64,000 bases of DNA, from assembly GCA_015272155.1 (NCBI GenBank), contig JACYME010000077.1, positions 2,404 to 66,403 on the forward strand. Direction: 5' to 3'. Shown one piece after another: positions 1 to 11,416 of this stretch; positions within the stretch are counted from its first letter, which is position 1, and every line of letters starts with the position of its first letter. Below the pieces are notes generated by a model. It did not search any database and had not been told where the DNA came from. It saw nothing but the letters and a program-made list of their open reading frames with translations. The position numbers were made by a program, and so were the translations under genes. Source of the DNA: Leptolyngbyaceae cyanobacterium T60_A2020_046. Its GTDB lineage: Bacteria > Cyanobacteriota > Cyanobacteriia > Phormidesmidales > Phormidesmidaceae.

Positions 1-1
1 C

Positions 2-331
2 GAAGGGTACACCGCTGCAACGGCGGGCGGCTGGCTGGCGGGAACCAATGCGGCCCGTTTGGCGCGGGGGCAAGCCCCGATCGCACTGCCCGTCACCACC
101 ATGATGGGCGCGCTGTTTGACTTCATCAGCGCCGCTGAGCCCAAACACTTTCAGCCCATGCCGCCGAACTTTGGGATTTTGCCTGCCCTGCCCCAGCGCA
201 TCCGCAACAAGCGCGATCGCTACGGGCAATATCGAGATCGCGCCCTTGCCGACCTCACCACCTGGGCCGATCACCAGGCCATTGCCGTGCAAACAGATGC
301 CCAAGTGTTAAGCGCTGCTGCCCCCGCCTAG
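2..331 (+). CDS. trmFO: TrmFO (folate-dependent tRNA U54 methyltransferase), C-terminal fragment; the gene begins upstream of the window
   Basis: The frame is open from the window edge ([27 protein letters not shown]...). The tail [15 protein letters not shown]...[19 protein letters not shown] matches the conserved TrmFO/Gid C-terminus. Confidence 0.7.
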   Translation, partial: EGYTAATAGGWLAGTNAARLARGQAPIALPVTTMMGALFDFISAAEPKHFQPMPPNFGILPALPQRIRNKRDRYGQYRDRALADLTTWADHQAIAVQTDAQVLSAAAPA

Positions 332-421
332 CGCCCTGTGGTGAAATAGAGGTGAGGCGGTGGAATTCCACAGTCTAATGTCGCGCGATCGCCTGAGCTG
401 AAAAGGCTGAGACGCAAGGGA

Positions 422-1099
422 ATGACCTCAGCAGCCCCCTCCCCCGCTGAACCTACGGAACCCGTTGTCTATGAAGGCCAGTTCGGCCCCTTCACTATCG
501 AAGCGGAAGACCGCCGGGACGTGATTCTATATCGCATTGGTTTGGCGATCGCGGCTCTCAGCTTCGTCGCTGGCTTGCTGCTGTTTTTGAACGGCGGCGA
601 CGCGGCGTGGTCACTGCACGGTTTGAGCGCCTGCTACGGCACCCTCTGGCTGGGGTTGGGGCTCAGCTTATGGAAAATTCACATCTATCTGAAGCCGCTG
701 CATCGGCTGCTGCAAGGGTTTTGGCTGGTGGGGGGCGTGGCCTCCTTCGCGATCGCCCATCACTTTCCCGAACCCTTTGCCCAAACGGTTTATGAGCACC
801 CCGCAACGCTCTGGGGCGTCGGCTTCACCTTCGCCGCGCTGACAGGCATTTATTTTAAGGAAGCCTTTTGCTTCAATCGGCTGGAAACCAAACTGCTGAC
901 GCCGCTCGTGCCGTTTTTGCTCCTGGGGCACCTGTTTGGCTGGTGGAGCGATGACCTCAAGCTGGTGATGCTGGGCCTGTGGGCGATCGCCTTTGGCATC
1001 TTTGCCCTACGCAAGGGAATTCAGCCCATTCCGCCCGACATTGGCGACAAAAGCGTCTTTGCCTACCTAGCAGAACAGCGGCACACCACTGCCCATTGA
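422..1099 (+). CDS. Conserved cyanobacterial multi-pass membrane protein (DUF2301-like)
   Basis: 225-aa ORF with several hydrophobic helices (LAIAALSFVAGLLLFL, LWLGLGLSLW, LVGGVASFAIA, LVPFLLLGHLFGWW). The family assignment is from memory only. Confidence 0.55.
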   Translation: MTSAAPSPAEPTEPVVYEGQFGPFTIEAEDRRDVILYRIGLAIAALSFVAGLLLFLNGGDAAWSLHGLSACYGTLWLGLGLSLWKIHIYLKPLHRLLQGFWLVGGVASFAIAHHFPEPFAQTVYEHPATLWGVGFTFAALTGIYFKEAFCFNRLETKLLTPLVPFLLLGHLFGWWSDDLKLVMLGLWAIAFGIFALRKGIQPIPPDIGDKSVFAYLAEQRHTTAH

Positions 1100-1175
1100 G
1101 CCTACCGGGTTCCTGATTGATTGCCCGCTTCGGTTGTTGCCCTTCCCAGAACGGGCACATTGAAGCAGAGCAACT

Positions 1176-2306
1176 TTGGGGAACATCGCGGTGTCAGACG
1201 AGCGTCAATGGTGGATGGCCTGGAGCCAGGTGCCCGGAGTCGGGCCAATTTTGCTGAAGCGGGTATTTCTGCACTTTGGCAGCTTGGCGCGGGCATGGTC
1301 GGCCCCGGTGGAGGAGTTGCGGCGGGTGGAGGGCATTGGAGAAACCAGTGCCGCCGCGATCGCGGCTCACTGCCGTCAGCACAATCCCCTCGCCACAGAA
1401 CCAAGCGATCGCGAGATTGCCTACGTCACCCCGGCGGATGCCGTCTATCCCGCCCTGCTGTTTGAAATTGCCGACCCGCCCCCCGTGCTCTATTACCGAG
1501 GCAATCTCAGCCTGTTGGGCGACTGCCAGCGGCGGGCCGGGGTGGGCATCGTTGGCACCCGCAGCCCCTCGGAATATGGCAGACGGTGGACGCAGCGCCT
1601 CAGCACTGCCCTCAGCCGTGCCGGGTTTCCCATCATCTCCGGCCTAGCAGAAGGCGTCGATTGCGAAGCCCACCGCAGTTGCCTGGATGCAGGCGGCCAT
1701 ACCATCGCCGTGCTCGGCACCGGGCCAGATGTGGTGTATCCCCGCCGCAACCTAGATCTGTATCGCGACATCGCGGCGGCGGGCCTGCTGCTGAGCGAAT
1801 ATCCCCCCGGCACCCAGCCCGATCGCGTCCACTTTCCGCGCCGCAACCGCATCATCGCCGGACTCAGCCGCGCCGTGTTAGTTACCGAAGCCCCGGAGCG
1901 ATCGGGAGCACTGATTACCGCCCGCCTCGCCAATGACTACGGTCGCGACGTGTATGCGCTACCCGGCTCCCTCGATAATCCCCGCTGCTATGGCTGTCTG
2001 GCCCTCGTGAATACGGGGGCGCAGTTGATTTTGGGTGAACATCTCCTCATCGAAGCCTTGGGCGGCATTCCCCTAGAGGCGGAACCCGCTGCCCAGCAAA
2101 CGGAACTGCCGCTAATCCCGCCTCAGCTCGATCCGCCGCTGGATCTGGTGTTTGCCAATGTACCAACGGAGGCCACGCCCCTAGATGTGATTGTGCAACG
2201 CAGCGATCGCCTCACCACGGGCGACATTCTCAGCGCCCTCGTTCAGCTTGAGCTAATGGGCCTTGTCACTCAACTCCCCGGAATGCAGTACCAACGCTGC
2301 TCATAG
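1176..2306 (+). CDS. dprA: DNA-processing protein DprA (Smf)
   Basis: Contains GVGIVGTRSPSEYGRRW, ISGLAEGVDCEAH, TIAVLGTGPDVVYPRRN, FPRRNRIIAGLS and VTEAPERSGALITA, the typical DprA Rossmann-fold motifs. The start is uncertain: TTG 1176, GTG 1191 or ATG 1215. Confidence 0.85.
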   Translation: MGNIAVSDERQWWMAWSQVPGVGPILLKRVFLHFGSLARAWSAPVEELRRVEGIGETSAAAIAAHCRQHNPLATEPSDREIAYVTPADAVYPALLFEIADPPPVLYYRGNLSLLGDCQRRAGVGIVGTRSPSEYGRRWTQRLSTALSRAGFPIISGLAEGVDCEAHRSCLDAGGHTIAVLGTGPDVVYPRRNLDLYRDIAAAGLLLSEYPPGTQPDRVHFPRRNRIIAGLSRAVLVTEAPERSGALITARLANDYGRDVYALPGSLDNPRCYGCLALVNTGAQLILGEHLLIEALGGIPLEAEPAAQQTELPLIPPQLDPPLDLVFANVPTEATPLDVIVQRSDRLTTGDILSALVQLELMGLVTQLPGMQYQRCS

Positions 2307-2391
2307 CAGGTATAACTCTAGACAGGTTGCCATCCCTTGCGCGATCGCCCTCCTGATCCTGCGTTCCTTTTGGAGTTGCCCCGTCGCCGCC

Positions 2392-3804
2392 ATGACCGTC
2401 GCCGCGAACCGCGCCCAGCCGCCCCTGGAATTCTTGCCCCCTGACTTTACACCAACGGTTTGGTGGGGTGTCAAAACCTGCCTACCATGGTGGATGCGGT
2501 GGCGCAGCAGCGTCAAAACCATTCAGACCAGCGGCACCGCAACCCTGGTCAAGCAATTTCAGGCGTTTCAAGCTGGGCATACCCGATTTTTGATCGCCTT
2601 TCGCCACCCCAGCCCCGAAGATGCCTATTGTTTAGCCAATCTGCTCTGGCATGAGATGCCCAAAACGGCACGACACATGGGCGTTTCCCTCTCAATGACG
2701 CCCCATGTTCACTTTATTTACGATCGCGGCATTCCGCTCTGGGCGGGGCAGGGCGTCGGCTGGCTCTATTCCAAGCTAGGGGGCACGCCGATTCAGCGGG
2801 GCAAAGTGGATCGTCAGGGCTTGAAATCGGCCCGCCATCTCTTTGCCAACGGCAGGTTTCCGCTAGCAGCGGCCCCCGAGGGCGGCAACAACGGTCACAC
2901 GGAAATCATCAGCCCCCTAGAGCCGGGGATCGCTCAGTTTGGCTTTTGGTGCGTGGAGGATTTGCACAAGGCAAAGCGCGACGAAACGGTGGTGATTTTG
3001 CCCCTGGGCATCCAATACCGCTATGTCAGTCCACCCTGGGCCGCCCTGGATGGGCTCATGTCCACCCTGGAACAGGAGGCGGGGTTGACAGCGGTTCCGC
3101 TCGGAAGATTCCCGCTGCCCCATGGTGGCCCCGAGGCCCAGGCGCTCTATCCACGCTTGGTGAGTCTTGGGGGGCACCTGCTGTCGCTGATGGAAAGCTA
3201 CTACGCGGACTTTTATCACGCGGAGATTGAGCCGCTGCCGCCGGGGGCGATCGCCCATCTCAGCAAAGCGGAACTCACCAGTCGGCTCCAGCACTTGCTG
3301 GATACAGCGTTGCAGGTGGCAGAATCCTTCTTTCGGCTACCCCAGCGCGGCAACGTCATCGATCGCTGTCGCCGCATTGAGCAAGCCGGGTGGGATTGGA
3401 TTTATCGCGAAGAACTGCGGGAGCAAGGCAACCTTTCGGCGGTGGGGCGGGGGCTCGCCGATCGCATTGCCGAAGAAGCATCGCTGCGCATGTGGCACAT
3501 GCGGCTGGTGGAAAGCTTTGTGGCGGTGACCGGGCGCTATGTGCACGAACGCCCCACCGTAGAGCGCTTTGCGGAAACCTTACTGCTGCTGCGCGACACC
3601 ATTGTGCGCATCAAGGGCGAAAACCCGTTTCCGCGCCCACAACTGGGGCCGCAAATTGCACAGCTCCGGGTGGGTGAGCCGATTTCCGTCAGCGATCGCT
3701 GGGCCACCTACCAAAGCAGCCGTCGCCAAGCTGTATCCGACCTCACCCAAGATCTCCAGGATGCCCTGACGGCGCTGATCCCCAGCCTTAATGGAGAGAA
3801 TTAG
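2392..3804 (+). CDS. PlsC-family (lysophospholipid/glycerol-3-phosphate) acyltransferase-like protein
   Basis: HX4D motif in AFRHPSPEDAY and the PEGG motif in AAPEGGNNG. The start was moved to the internal ATG (MTVAANRAQ) to avoid overlapping dprA. Confidence 0.6.
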   Translation: MTVAANRAQPPLEFLPPDFTPTVWWGVKTCLPWWMRWRSSVKTIQTSGTATLVKQFQAFQAGHTRFLIAFRHPSPEDAYCLANLLWHEMPKTARHMGVSLSMTPHVHFIYDRGIPLWAGQGVGWLYSKLGGTPIQRGKVDRQGLKSARHLFANGRFPLAAAPEGGNNGHTEIISPLEPGIAQFGFWCVEDLHKAKRDETVVILPLGIQYRYVSPPWAALDGLMSTLEQEAGLTAVPLGRFPLPHGGPEAQALYPRLVSLGGHLLSLMESYYADFYHAEIEPLPPGAIAHLSKAELTSRLQHLLDTALQVAESFFRLPQRGNVIDRCRRIEQAGWDWIYREELREQGNLSAVGRGLADRIAEEASLRMWHMRLVESFVAVTGRYVHERPTVERFAETLLLLRDTIVRIKGENPFPRPQLGPQIAQLRVGEPISVSDRWATYQSSRRQAVSDLTQDLQDALTALIPSLNGEN

Positions 3805-4385
3805 GCCACAGCGGTCAGGGTAGTTTCAATGGCGATGACGCGATCGCGATAGGCATCGTCCGACAGCGCGGGCTCACTGGCGGGCAGTGCCGCGATCGCT
3901 GCCTTGTCGAGCTGAATCCAAGACCGACAGCCACCATAGCGAGGCTCTCGGGGCAGAGTCACCGGCACGTGGAACCGATGGGCACGCAGCAGCAGCGCCA
4001 CAAGGGGACGTTCTGGCTTCCAGGCCATGCGATCGCGCAGCCACTCTGCCGTCCAAATGTGGTGGGGCAACAGCGCCGCCGCCGCCGCTGGAGACGCCAC
4101 AGGTAACACCTCAGTGATTTCTGCCCAACCAGGAATCGTGATCATGGCGGAATTGGGGTTTGCATCACCGGGAGACGCAAGGACGCGATCGCGGTAGGGT
4201 TCCTTGAGCCAGTAGGGCTGCTGATGCTCAACGGTAGGAAACAGCAGGGCGCGATTGTTCGCCACCCAAAACTGCTCCCCCCGCTCATGGATGCCACCCT
4301 TACGCAGCAACAGAATAAAGTCGCCCGCGAGTAACGCCTCAATCGCGATCGACCACTCCTTCAATGCCCAAGGTGCATCTTCCAT
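3801..4385 (-). CDS. Conserved hypothetical protein (DUF1802-like)
   Basis: 194-aa ORF. The N-terminus ALKEWSIAIEALLAGDFILLLRKGGIHE...LFPTVEHQ resembles the DUF1802 family as I remember it. It overlaps the convergent acyltransferase gene by 4 nt at the stop codons. Confidence 0.5.
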   Translation of the reverse strand: MEDAPWALKEWSIAIEALLAGDFILLLRKGGIHERGEQFWVANNRALLFPTVEHQQPYWLKEPYRDRVLASPGDANPNSAMITIPGWAEITEVLPVASPAAAAALLPHHIWTAEWLRDRMAWKPERPLVALLLRAHRFHVPVTLPREPRYGGCRSWIQLDKAAIAALPASEPALSDDAYRDRVIAIETTLTAVA

Positions 4386-4397
4386 TCGCCTCGTTCC

Positions 4398-5669
4398 CTA
4401 GACGCCTGTCCCCGCAAACAGCGTGCTGGCCGCCTGCTTCAGCATTTCTGCCTTGTCCGTTTTTTCCCAAGGGAGGTCGAGATCCGTACGTCCAAAGTGA
4501 CCATAGGCCGCCACCTCTTGATAAAATCGCCCCTGACGCGCAGCAGGAAGCCGCTGCAAATCAAAGGTGTGAATGATCCCCGCCGGACGCAGCTCAAAGT
4601 GTTCGCGAATCAGCTTCAACAAGATCTCTTCGTCAACGGTGCCTGTGCCAAAGGTATCCACAAAAATACTGACGGGGCGAGCAACGCCGATCGCGTAGCT
4701 CAACTGCACTTCACACTTGGCAGCCAAACCAGCAGCGACGATATTTTTCGCCACATAGCGGCATACATAGGCCGCGCTGCGATCCACTTTGGTCGGATCC
4801 TTTCCAGAAAAAGCCCCACCCCCATGGCGGGAGTAGCCGCCGTAGGTATCCACAATAATTTTGCGCCCCGTCAGCCCTGAATCGCCCTGGGGGCCACCGA
4901 TAACGAATTTACCCGTTGGATTCACCAAAAAGCGCGTATTTGCATCGGGCTGCACCGCCAGATCCGCAAAAATTGGCAAAACGACGTGGCTCCACAGATC
5001 TTCCTTGATCTTGGCCTGGACTGCCGCCCCATCGGTAATATCGCCGATGGTTTCGGTGTGTTGCGTGGAAATCAAAATGGTATCGATACCGACGGGCCGA
5101 CCCGCTTCATAGGCGACGGTCACCTGGGTTTTGCCATCGGGTCGCAGGTAAGGTAGTTCACCGGATTTCCGCACTGTGGCCAGCCGTCGAGAAATCCGGT
5201 GCGCCAAACTCACGGGCATGGGCATGAGCTCTGGAGTTTCGTCACAGGCAAAGCCGAACATAATGCCCTGGTCGCCCGCTCCGATCGCGTCCCAGGCTTC
5301 ATCGCTCGCATCTTCGCGGGTTTCAAAGGCTCGGTCAACCCCTTGGGCAATGTCCTGGGACTGCTCATCCAATGCCACCAAAACCGAGCAGCTATCTGCC
5401 GAAAAGCCATTGTTCGTGGGATCGGTGTAGCCGATTTCTGCAATTTTTTTGCGCACCAGCGACACATAGTTCACCGAAGCATTGGACGAGATTTCGCCTG
5501 TGATCAGCACAAGCCCTGTGTTCACCACCACTTCTGCCGCAACACGACTGCTGGCATCTTGGGTTAACAAGGCGTCTAGGATGGTGTCGGACAGTTGGTC
5601 ACAAATTTTGTCGGGGTGACCTTCGGTAACGGACTCGGAGGTAAACAGGTAGCGACGAGACACGAGCAT
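4398..5669 (-). CDS. metK: S-adenosylmethionine synthetase
   Basis: [55 protein letters not shown] and [19 protein letters not shown] are canonical MetK motifs. The start is set at the internal ATG (MLVSRRYLF). Confidence 0.95.
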   Translation of the reverse strand: MLVSRRYLFTSESVTEGHPDKICDQLSDTILDALLTQDASSRVAAEVVVNTGLVLITGEISSNASVNYVSLVRKKIAEIGYTDPTNNGFSADSCSVLVALDEQSQDIAQGVDRAFETREDASDEAWDAIGAGDQGIMFGFACDETPELMPMPVSLAHRISRRLATVRKSGELPYLRPDGKTQVTVAYEAGRPVGIDTILISTQHTETIGDITDGAAVQAKIKEDLWSHVVLPIFADLAVQPDANTRFLVNPTGKFVIGGPQGDSGLTGRKIIVDTYGGYSRHGGGAFSGKDPTKVDRSAAYVCRYVAKNIVAAGLAAKCEVQLSYAIGVARPVSIFVDTFGTGTVDEEILLKLIREHFELRPAGIIHTFDLQRLPAARQGRFYQEVAAYGHFGRTDLDLPWEKTDKAEMLKQAASTLFAGTGV

Positions 5670-5831
5670 AATCCTCTTCACAGCAAACGATGATGGGACA
5701 CTCAATGCAGCGCTTCGTGGCCCTAGGGCAAACGGCATTGAGGACAACGGGCGTAGGGGGAAGGTCGCGATCAAACACGCGAGTCTCGCCTCAACTTAGG
5801 CGGCGCGATCGCGAAGGAATCAGCCACCAGA

Positions 5832-6713
5832 CTACCGTAAAGTTTCCGTCGGGACGTGACTTTCAGCAGCGGCAGAGCCTGAATCGGCTACAAGGGGTGG
5901 GCCAAGGGTAATCGCACTTGGGCTGTTTACTGTAGCATCTGCGGTAGGGATTGGGGGGCCACTTCCCCAGGTCACGCTGATAAAGCCAGCAGCTCCGCCC
6001 CTGTGGGCAAGTTGCTCATCCAGGGCCGAGTCTCCAATCACCAGAGTTCGTGCGGGCGAGACGCCAAGCTCTGCGCAGGCTTGGGCGAACAGGCGTGGGT
6101 CTGGCTTAGCCCATTCGCGATCGCTGCCTTGAAACCAGGCAAATTGGTCGCTGAGATCGTAGCGATCGAGGAAGTCTTGAATGTTGTGGGTCGTGTCGCC
6201 GGAGACGATCGCGAGTTTAACTGCCGCCCGCCGGAGGCGATCGAGCAGCGGCAAAATGCCTTCGTAGGGTGGGGTTTGGTCGGCTTTGCGAACCGGAGCT
6301 TGATCAGCCGCCACAAAGGTTTGTTGGGCGATCGCGATCGCCTCGGCCCATCCGTAGCCTTGGGCCGCGACATAGGCCGCCGCCGCGATGAGGTTATCTT
6401 GACGGGTACCGACGGCCATCAACCCCGCCGGGTCGAGGCAATCGCCCCGCACACCGTAGGCCGCTAACATCGCGTCGTAGACGCCCGCCACCTGGGCCTC
6501 TAGATGGCGCGATCGCGATCGGGCAAGATATCGCAAAAACTGGTGAGAGTCTGCCAGCGTGCCGTCTTTGTCAAAGACAACCGCCTCAATCGCCTCAAAT
6601 TGGACTGCATTTGACTGAACGCTACGACACAATACCGTTACCAAACCCAAATTCCCTCCCCCAAAAAGACGCAAGCCGCAGCGGAGCCACGGCTTGCACA
6701 CACTTTTGTCCAC
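5832..6713 (-). CDS. HAD-superfamily hydrolase (phosphatase-like)
   Basis: HAD motif I VVFDKDGTLADS, motif III K in the WAKPDP region and motif IV VIGDSALD. The true start is probably downstream of the ORF-track start and is not resolved. Confidence 0.7.
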   Translation of the reverse strand: MDKSVCKPWLRCGLRLFGGGNLGLVTVLCRSVQSNAVQFEAIEAVVFDKDGTLADSHQFLRYLARSRSRHLEAQVAGVYDAMLAAYGVRGDCLDPAGLMAVGTRQDNLIAAAAYVAAQGYGWAEAIAIAQQTFVAADQAPVRKADQTPPYEGILPLLDRLRRAAVKLAIVSGDTTHNIQDFLDRYDLSDQFAWFQGSDREWAKPDPRLFAQACAELGVSPARTLVIGDSALDEQLAHRGGAAGFISVTWGSGPPIPTADATVNSPSAITLGPPLVADSGSAAAESHVPTETLR

Positions 6714-6743
6714 AAAGAACCCGAACCCTAAGCCAAAACAGCG

Positions 6744-7730
6744 TTAGTCTGCGGGCGAATCGGCGTCATCTTCATCAATGTAAACCATATCCTCTTGAAC
6801 CTCGGAAGCTGCCTCGGCCTCCGCCTGCTTGCGCAGTTGTTCGCGATACTTCTCCGCCATTTCTTCGGCTTTGTCGAAGACCAGATCAGGGTTTTTCACC
6901 ATATCGCCAGGCTCTGGCTCAAGCTGCTTCGTCGAGAGCGAAATCCGCCCACGCTCTGCATCAAGGTCAATGATCATCACCTTGATTTCATCGTTCACGT
7001 TAAACACGCTGTGGGGCGTGTCAATGTGGTCGTGGGAAATCTCAGAAATGTGCAGTAGGCCACTCACGCCGCCAATATCAATAAATGCGCCGTAGGGCTT
7101 CAGGCCGCGCACGGTACCCAGCACCACTTCGCCCACTTGAAGACCGTTCATCTTACGCTCAACCAGCGCCCGACGATGGCTCAAGACAAGACGATTTCGC
7201 TCCTCATCCACTTCTAAGAACTTCAAAGGCAGATCTTCGCCTACCAGTTCTTCCTTGGGCTTGCGGGTGCTGATGTGAGAACCGGGAATGAACCCTCGTA
7301 GCCCTTCAATGCGAACCAGCGCACCACCTCGATTGGTAGCAAAGACGCCAGATCGTACCGTGGCATCCTCTTGCTGAAGCTGACGCACGCGCTCCCAAGC
7401 ACGCATGTATTCAATTCGGCGAATGGAAAGGGTGAGCTGCCCATCTTCATTTTCATCGGTCAAGATGAAAAATTCGCGCGTTTCGTTGGCTTGAAGCACC
7501 TCTTCGGGGGCTTCAACCCGGTTGATCGACATTTCCTGAATCGGAATATAGGCAGCGGTTTTGGCACCGATGTCGATGAGGGCTCCCCTGGGTTCCAAGC
7601 TAAAGACTGTACCCGCGACGGTATCTCCAGGGCTGAAATGATAATCGTATTTATCTAACAGTGCCGCGAAGTCTTCATGGGTAAACCCAATATCTGTTGT
7701 ATCCCTTTCCTGCTCTACCTGATTGACCAT
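6744..7730 (-). CDS. rpsA: 30S ribosomal protein S1 (cyanobacterial short form)
   Basis: Repeated S1 domains (GDTVAGTVFSLEPRGALIDIGAKTAAYIP; VRSGVFATNRGGALVRIEGLRGFIPGSH; GEVVLGTVRGLKPYGAFIDIGGVSGLLHISE). Confidence 0.9.
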   Translation of the reverse strand: MVNQVEQERDTTDIGFTHEDFAALLDKYDYHFSPGDTVAGTVFSLEPRGALIDIGAKTAAYIPIQEMSINRVEAPEEVLQANETREFFILTDENEDGQLTLSIRRIEYMRAWERVRQLQQEDATVRSGVFATNRGGALVRIEGLRGFIPGSHISTRKPKEELVGEDLPLKFLEVDEERNRLVLSHRRALVERKMNGLQVGEVVLGTVRGLKPYGAFIDIGGVSGLLHISEISHDHIDTPHSVFNVNDEIKVMIIDLDAERGRISLSTKQLEPEPGDMVKNPDLVFDKAEEMAEKYREQLRKQAEAEAASEVQEDMVYIDEDDADSPAD

Positions 7731-8152
7731 GCTAATGTTTACCTACTGTTGTCTCCGTAATGGGTACTGTGATGGGTGCTCCGTTCCGTACCTGTCGAGA
7801 TGTTGACGCTGCTGACAGCAGCACGATAAGGCGCACTGAGCTCGCAGTGAAATGCACGGGAAGCTAATTCCCGCGAGATCTAAAATTATACCTGAAGATA
7901 TTCGGATCGCCAGGGCGCTGATGAAGAAATCTTCCCTTGAGGTTGCAGGGGCTATCACTTCCAGAATCCTTGCAGGATGTACCGGGCTGGCGATGTCAAG
8001 GGCGTGGAAATGGTTCCGATTGTGATGGATCAGGGCCGATGTTGCGGGCTTTCGCGATCGCAACAATGCCCCAGCTCACAGGCGTCAACGCTCTCATGAC
8101 CAAACTGCGATATGGCTCAGGTTCGTTTGGGGTTCGGGAACTGCTCGACGAT

Positions 8153-8662
8153 TTAGGAAATCAGGGCGTTAAGGCGCTGCCCAAGATCTGCATCAGACGC
8201 TTCATCGGCATTGGGCTCATGGAGCTGCTTGAGGGCTTCGGCGAAGTCATGGATGCCGCGAAACTGGCGATAGACTGACGCAAAGCGGACGTAGGCGACT
8301 TCATTGAGGGCTCGGAGCTTTTTCAATACCAGTTCGCCAATCTCATGACTTTCAACTTCTCGACGGGCGCGCAGTTGGAGTTCGGCTTCAATATCATCCA
8401 CGAGGGCTTCCAAAACCTGGGCGTCTACACCGGTTTTTTCGCAGGCTCTCACCATGCCCCGCAAGACTTTAGACCGATCAAAGGATTCGCGATCGCCGCT
8501 TTGTTTAATCACCACAATGGGCACGTATTCAATCCGCTCATAGGTGGTGAACCGTCGTTCGCAGGCGAGACACTCTCGACGGCGGCGAATGCTGCGACCC
8601 GCCTCTGCTGCGCGAGACTCTAAGACACGGTTGTTGGGATGTTGGCAGAACGGACACTGCAT
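8153..8662 (-). CDS. nrdR: Transcriptional repressor NrdR
   Basis: [17 protein letters not shown]...[17 protein letters not shown] zinc ribbon followed by an ATP-cone. The start is set at the internal ATG. Confidence 0.9.
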   Translation of the reverse strand: MQCPFCQHPNNRVLESRAAEAGRSIRRRRECLACERRFTTYERIEYVPIVVIKQSGDRESFDRSKVLRGMVRACEKTGVDAQVLEALVDDIEAELQLRARREVESHEIGELVLKKLRALNEVAYVRFASVYRQFRGIHDFAEALKQLHEPNADEASDADLGQRLNALIS

Positions 8663-8825
8663 TCGAGTAGACCTCGCGGCGAGGGAACGAATCGGGCAAG
8701 GTACTGCGGCTGACCCGAAATCGGGGCAAAACCTGCCCTGATTGATTGGGCGGGGCGATCGCTGCAATCCCCAGACCCATATCTAGGGTCAAGCACCCTT
8801 GGGTGTATCTTATCGAACCCTATCT

Positions 8826-8866
8826 CAAAAAAAACACCCTTTCTCAGGTTGCTGAGAAAGGGTGTT
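8826..8866 (-). terminator. Rho-independent terminator downstream of psbB-psbT
   Basis: On the - strand: a perfect 14-bp stem (acaccctttctcag / ctgagaaagggtgt) with a 4-nt loop, followed by a run of 8-9 T. Confidence 0.8.
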
Positions 8867-8956
8867 TGATACGAACATCTTTTGGTCAACCTCGATCGCG
8901 GTGGCCAGCAGATCAACAACGACTCAACTCTCCCCTATCACGAGGACTGCAAGACG

Positions 8957-9055
8957 TTAGTCTTTGCTGATCCGGGGAGGCTCACGAAATGCGATCGCAA
9001 AAAAGAGCGTTCCAATGATGCAGGCAAAAATGAAAATGTAAGCCACGCTTTCCAT
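8957..9055 (-). CDS. psbT: Photosystem II reaction centre protein T
   Basis: Manual translation gives MESVAYIFIFACIIGTLFFAIAFREPPRISKD (32 aa). It lies directly downstream of psbB, the conserved psbB-psbT arrangement. It is below the ORF-track length cut-off. Confidence 0.9.
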   Translation of the reverse strand: MESVAYIFIFACIIGTLFFAIAFREPPRISKD

Positions 9056-9107
9056 GGTGAATGCCTCTTAATCGTCCTACGTACTTTCAGTCTAAAGGAT
9101 GAGAATC

Positions 9108-9147
9108 GCTCAGCGCCGGCCCTGGCCCCAGGGCGCGATCGCTGAGC
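9108..9147 (-). other. GC-rich intercistronic stem-loop between psbB and psbT
   Basis: gctcagcg...cgctgagc outer stem plus gccctgg/ccagggc inner stem. No U-tract follows, so it is more likely an mRNA stability or processing hairpin than a terminator. Confidence 0.45.
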
Positions 9148-9189
9148 GACGTTCACCATCAATCCATCACAGCAAGCTCGCGCCAAATC

Positions 9190-10713
9190 CTAGGAAGCAC
9201 GGGTAGACTTATCACCCACCTTCTGGAAGAAACCCCACTCGACCTGCTCAGGAGAGAGATCGGGATCGATCCCAGCGAACACGTCGCGGTAGAGGGTGCG
9301 CGCACCATGCCAGATGTGCCCGAAGAAGAACAGCAGCGCAAACACTGCGTGGGCATAGGTAAACCAACCGCGTGGGCTTGTCCGGAAGACACCGTCAGAG
9401 CCCAGAGTTTCGCGATCAAAGTTAAAGGGTTCGCCAAGCTGGGCCTTACGAGCAATTCGCTTCACCTCAGCCGGGTCGGTAATGGTTTGCCCATTCAAAG
9501 ACCCACCGTAGAAGGTTGCAGTAACCCCCGTTTGCTCAAAGCTGTACTTTGATTCAGCCCGACGGAAGGGGATATCCGCACGCACAATACCATCTTTATC
9601 TACCAACACCACCGGGAAGGTTTCAAAGAAGTTTGGTAAGCGACGCACGCTCAGAATCCGACCCTCACCATCTTTGAAGACCGGGTGACCAAGCCACTCC
9701 TCAGCGATGCCATCCCCTTGAACCATCGGCCCAACACGGAACAGACCGCCCTTGGCAGGACTATTGCCCACGTAGTCATAGAAGGCCAGCTTTTCAGGGA
9801 TTTCACCATAGGCCTCTTCCAAGGAGCCGCCCTGGGCAAGGGTTGCCTGCACCCGACGCTCAATCTCTTGCTGGAAGTAGCCACTATCCCACTGGTAGCG
9901 GGTAGGGCCAAACAGCTCAATCGGCGTCGCAGCACTGCCGTACCACATCGTTCCAGCAACAACGAAAGCTGCGAAAAAGACCGCAGCAATACTGCTGGAA
10001 AGCACCGTCTCAATGTTCCCCATCCGCAGCGCTTTGTAGAGCCGCTGGGGAGGACGCACCGTCAGGTGGAAAAGACCCGCAATAATGCCGACAATTCCAG
10101 CGGCGATGTGGTGAGCCACAATTCCCCCAGGATTGAAGGGGTTGAAGCCTTCAGGCCCCCATGCTGGGGCGACAGCTTGGACGTGGCCAGTGAGGCCGTA
10201 GGGGTCAGAAACCCACATACCCGGCCCCCACAGGCCCGTGAGGTGAAATGCTCCAAAGCCGAAGCATAGGAGCCCAGACAGAAACAGATGAATTCCGAAC
10301 ATTTTGGGCAAGTCTAGGGCAGGCTCGCCAGTGCGGGGATCCCGGAACAGATCAAGATCCCAATACACCCAGTGCCAGCAGGCTGCTAGGAACAGCAGAC
10401 CCGACAGCACGATGTGTGCGGCAGCGACGCCTTCAAAGCTCCAGAAGCCAGGGTCAACAGCGGTCTCGCCAGTGACGCTCCAGCCACCCCAAGATTGGGT
10501 CACGCCCAGACGGGCCATAAAGGGAAGCACAAACATGCCCTGACGCCACATCGGGTTCAGGACGGGATCGCTTGGATCAAAGGTTGCCAGCTCGAAAAGG
10601 GCCATCGAGCCTGCCCAGCCTGCAACCAATGCGGTATGCATTAAGTGCACTGAAATCAGTCGGCCTGGATCATTCAGGACGACCGTGTGTACACGGTACC
10701 AGGGTAGTCCCAT
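9190..10713 (-). CDS. psbB: Photosystem II CP47 chlorophyll apoprotein
   Basis: [43 protein letters not shown]... 507 aa, collinear with CP47. Confidence 0.98.
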   Translation of the reverse strand: MGLPWYRVHTVVLNDPGRLISVHLMHTALVAGWAGSMALFELATFDPSDPVLNPMWRQGMFVLPFMARLGVTQSWGGWSVTGETAVDPGFWSFEGVAAAHIVLSGLLFLAACWHWVYWDLDLFRDPRTGEPALDLPKMFGIHLFLSGLLCFGFGAFHLTGLWGPGMWVSDPYGLTGHVQAVAPAWGPEGFNPFNPGGIVAHHIAAGIVGIIAGLFHLTVRPPQRLYKALRMGNIETVLSSSIAAVFFAAFVVAGTMWYGSAATPIELFGPTRYQWDSGYFQQEIERRVQATLAQGGSLEEAYGEIPEKLAFYDYVGNSPAKGGLFRVGPMVQGDGIAEEWLGHPVFKDGEGRILSVRRLPNFFETFPVVLVDKDGIVRADIPFRRAESKYSFEQTGVTATFYGGSLNGQTITDPAEVKRIARKAQLGEPFNFDRETLGSDGVFRTSPRGWFTYAHAVFALLFFFGHIWHGARTLYRDVFAGIDPDLSPEQVEWGFFQKVGDKSTRAS

Positions 10714-11101
10714 CGACTACTCTCCTCCTCTTGGTTTCGACAGATGTTTTGCAGGTTTTTGTTAAGAGTCGCAGATATTGATTAGCCTACCAGACTTATC
10801 ACCGCCCACTGTTCATTGCGATCACCTTAGAACAGCCCCTTAACCGAGAACGGGTTTGCGATCGCCTTGGTAGCGATGCAACCATACTCACAGTGCGAGA
10901 TTCGCGATGAATGAACGCAAACCCAGGATCATATGAAGAAGTGTATCCAGTGCTCATGTTCCACGCAATATCGTCCCTGGGGCGAGGTGGAGAAGGCTTA
11001 CACTTCGGGAGCGCTTTGGGCGGGGACGCGGTTTTTCCCGCGCCCAGAAGCGCTGATATCTCGCACCTTGTCAGGGTTATGCGCAGTAAGGAGGTAACGT
11101 C

Positions 11102-11416
11102 GTGACGGTCATTAAGTTTCTTAACGAAGATAAAGAGGTGGTTGTCGCCGAGGGGGCAAACCTTCGCTACAAGGCCATGGAGAACGGCATCGACATCTAT
11201 ACCCTGGTGGGCAAGATGACGAACTGTGGCGGCTATGGGCAGTGCGGCACCTGTGTGGTGGAGATTGTTGAGGGGGAAGAAAACCTCTCTCCCCGCACTG
11301 CGGTTGAGGAGCGAAAGCTGCGGAAGCGGGGGAGTTACTGCCGACTGGCGTGCCAAACGATTGTGAATGGCCCGGTGACGGTGCTGACGAAGCCGAGCAA
11401 AAAGCCTGGTAAGTAG
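11102..11416 (+). CDS. [2Fe-2S] ferredoxin-like protein
   Basis: Cys cluster [14 protein letters not shown] plus RLACQT. GTG start. Divergent from psbB. Confidence 0.75.
   Translation: MTVIKFLNEDKEVVVAEGANLRYKAMENGIDIYTLVGKMTNCGGYGQCGTCVVEIVEGEENLSPRTAVEERKLRKRGSYCRLACQTIVNGPVTVLTKPSKKPGK

Noticed and set aside
5670-5831. SAM riboswitch in the metK leader
   Set aside because: I could find no recognisable SAM-I, SAM-II or SAM-V consensus in the - strand leader. This was a by-eye check only.
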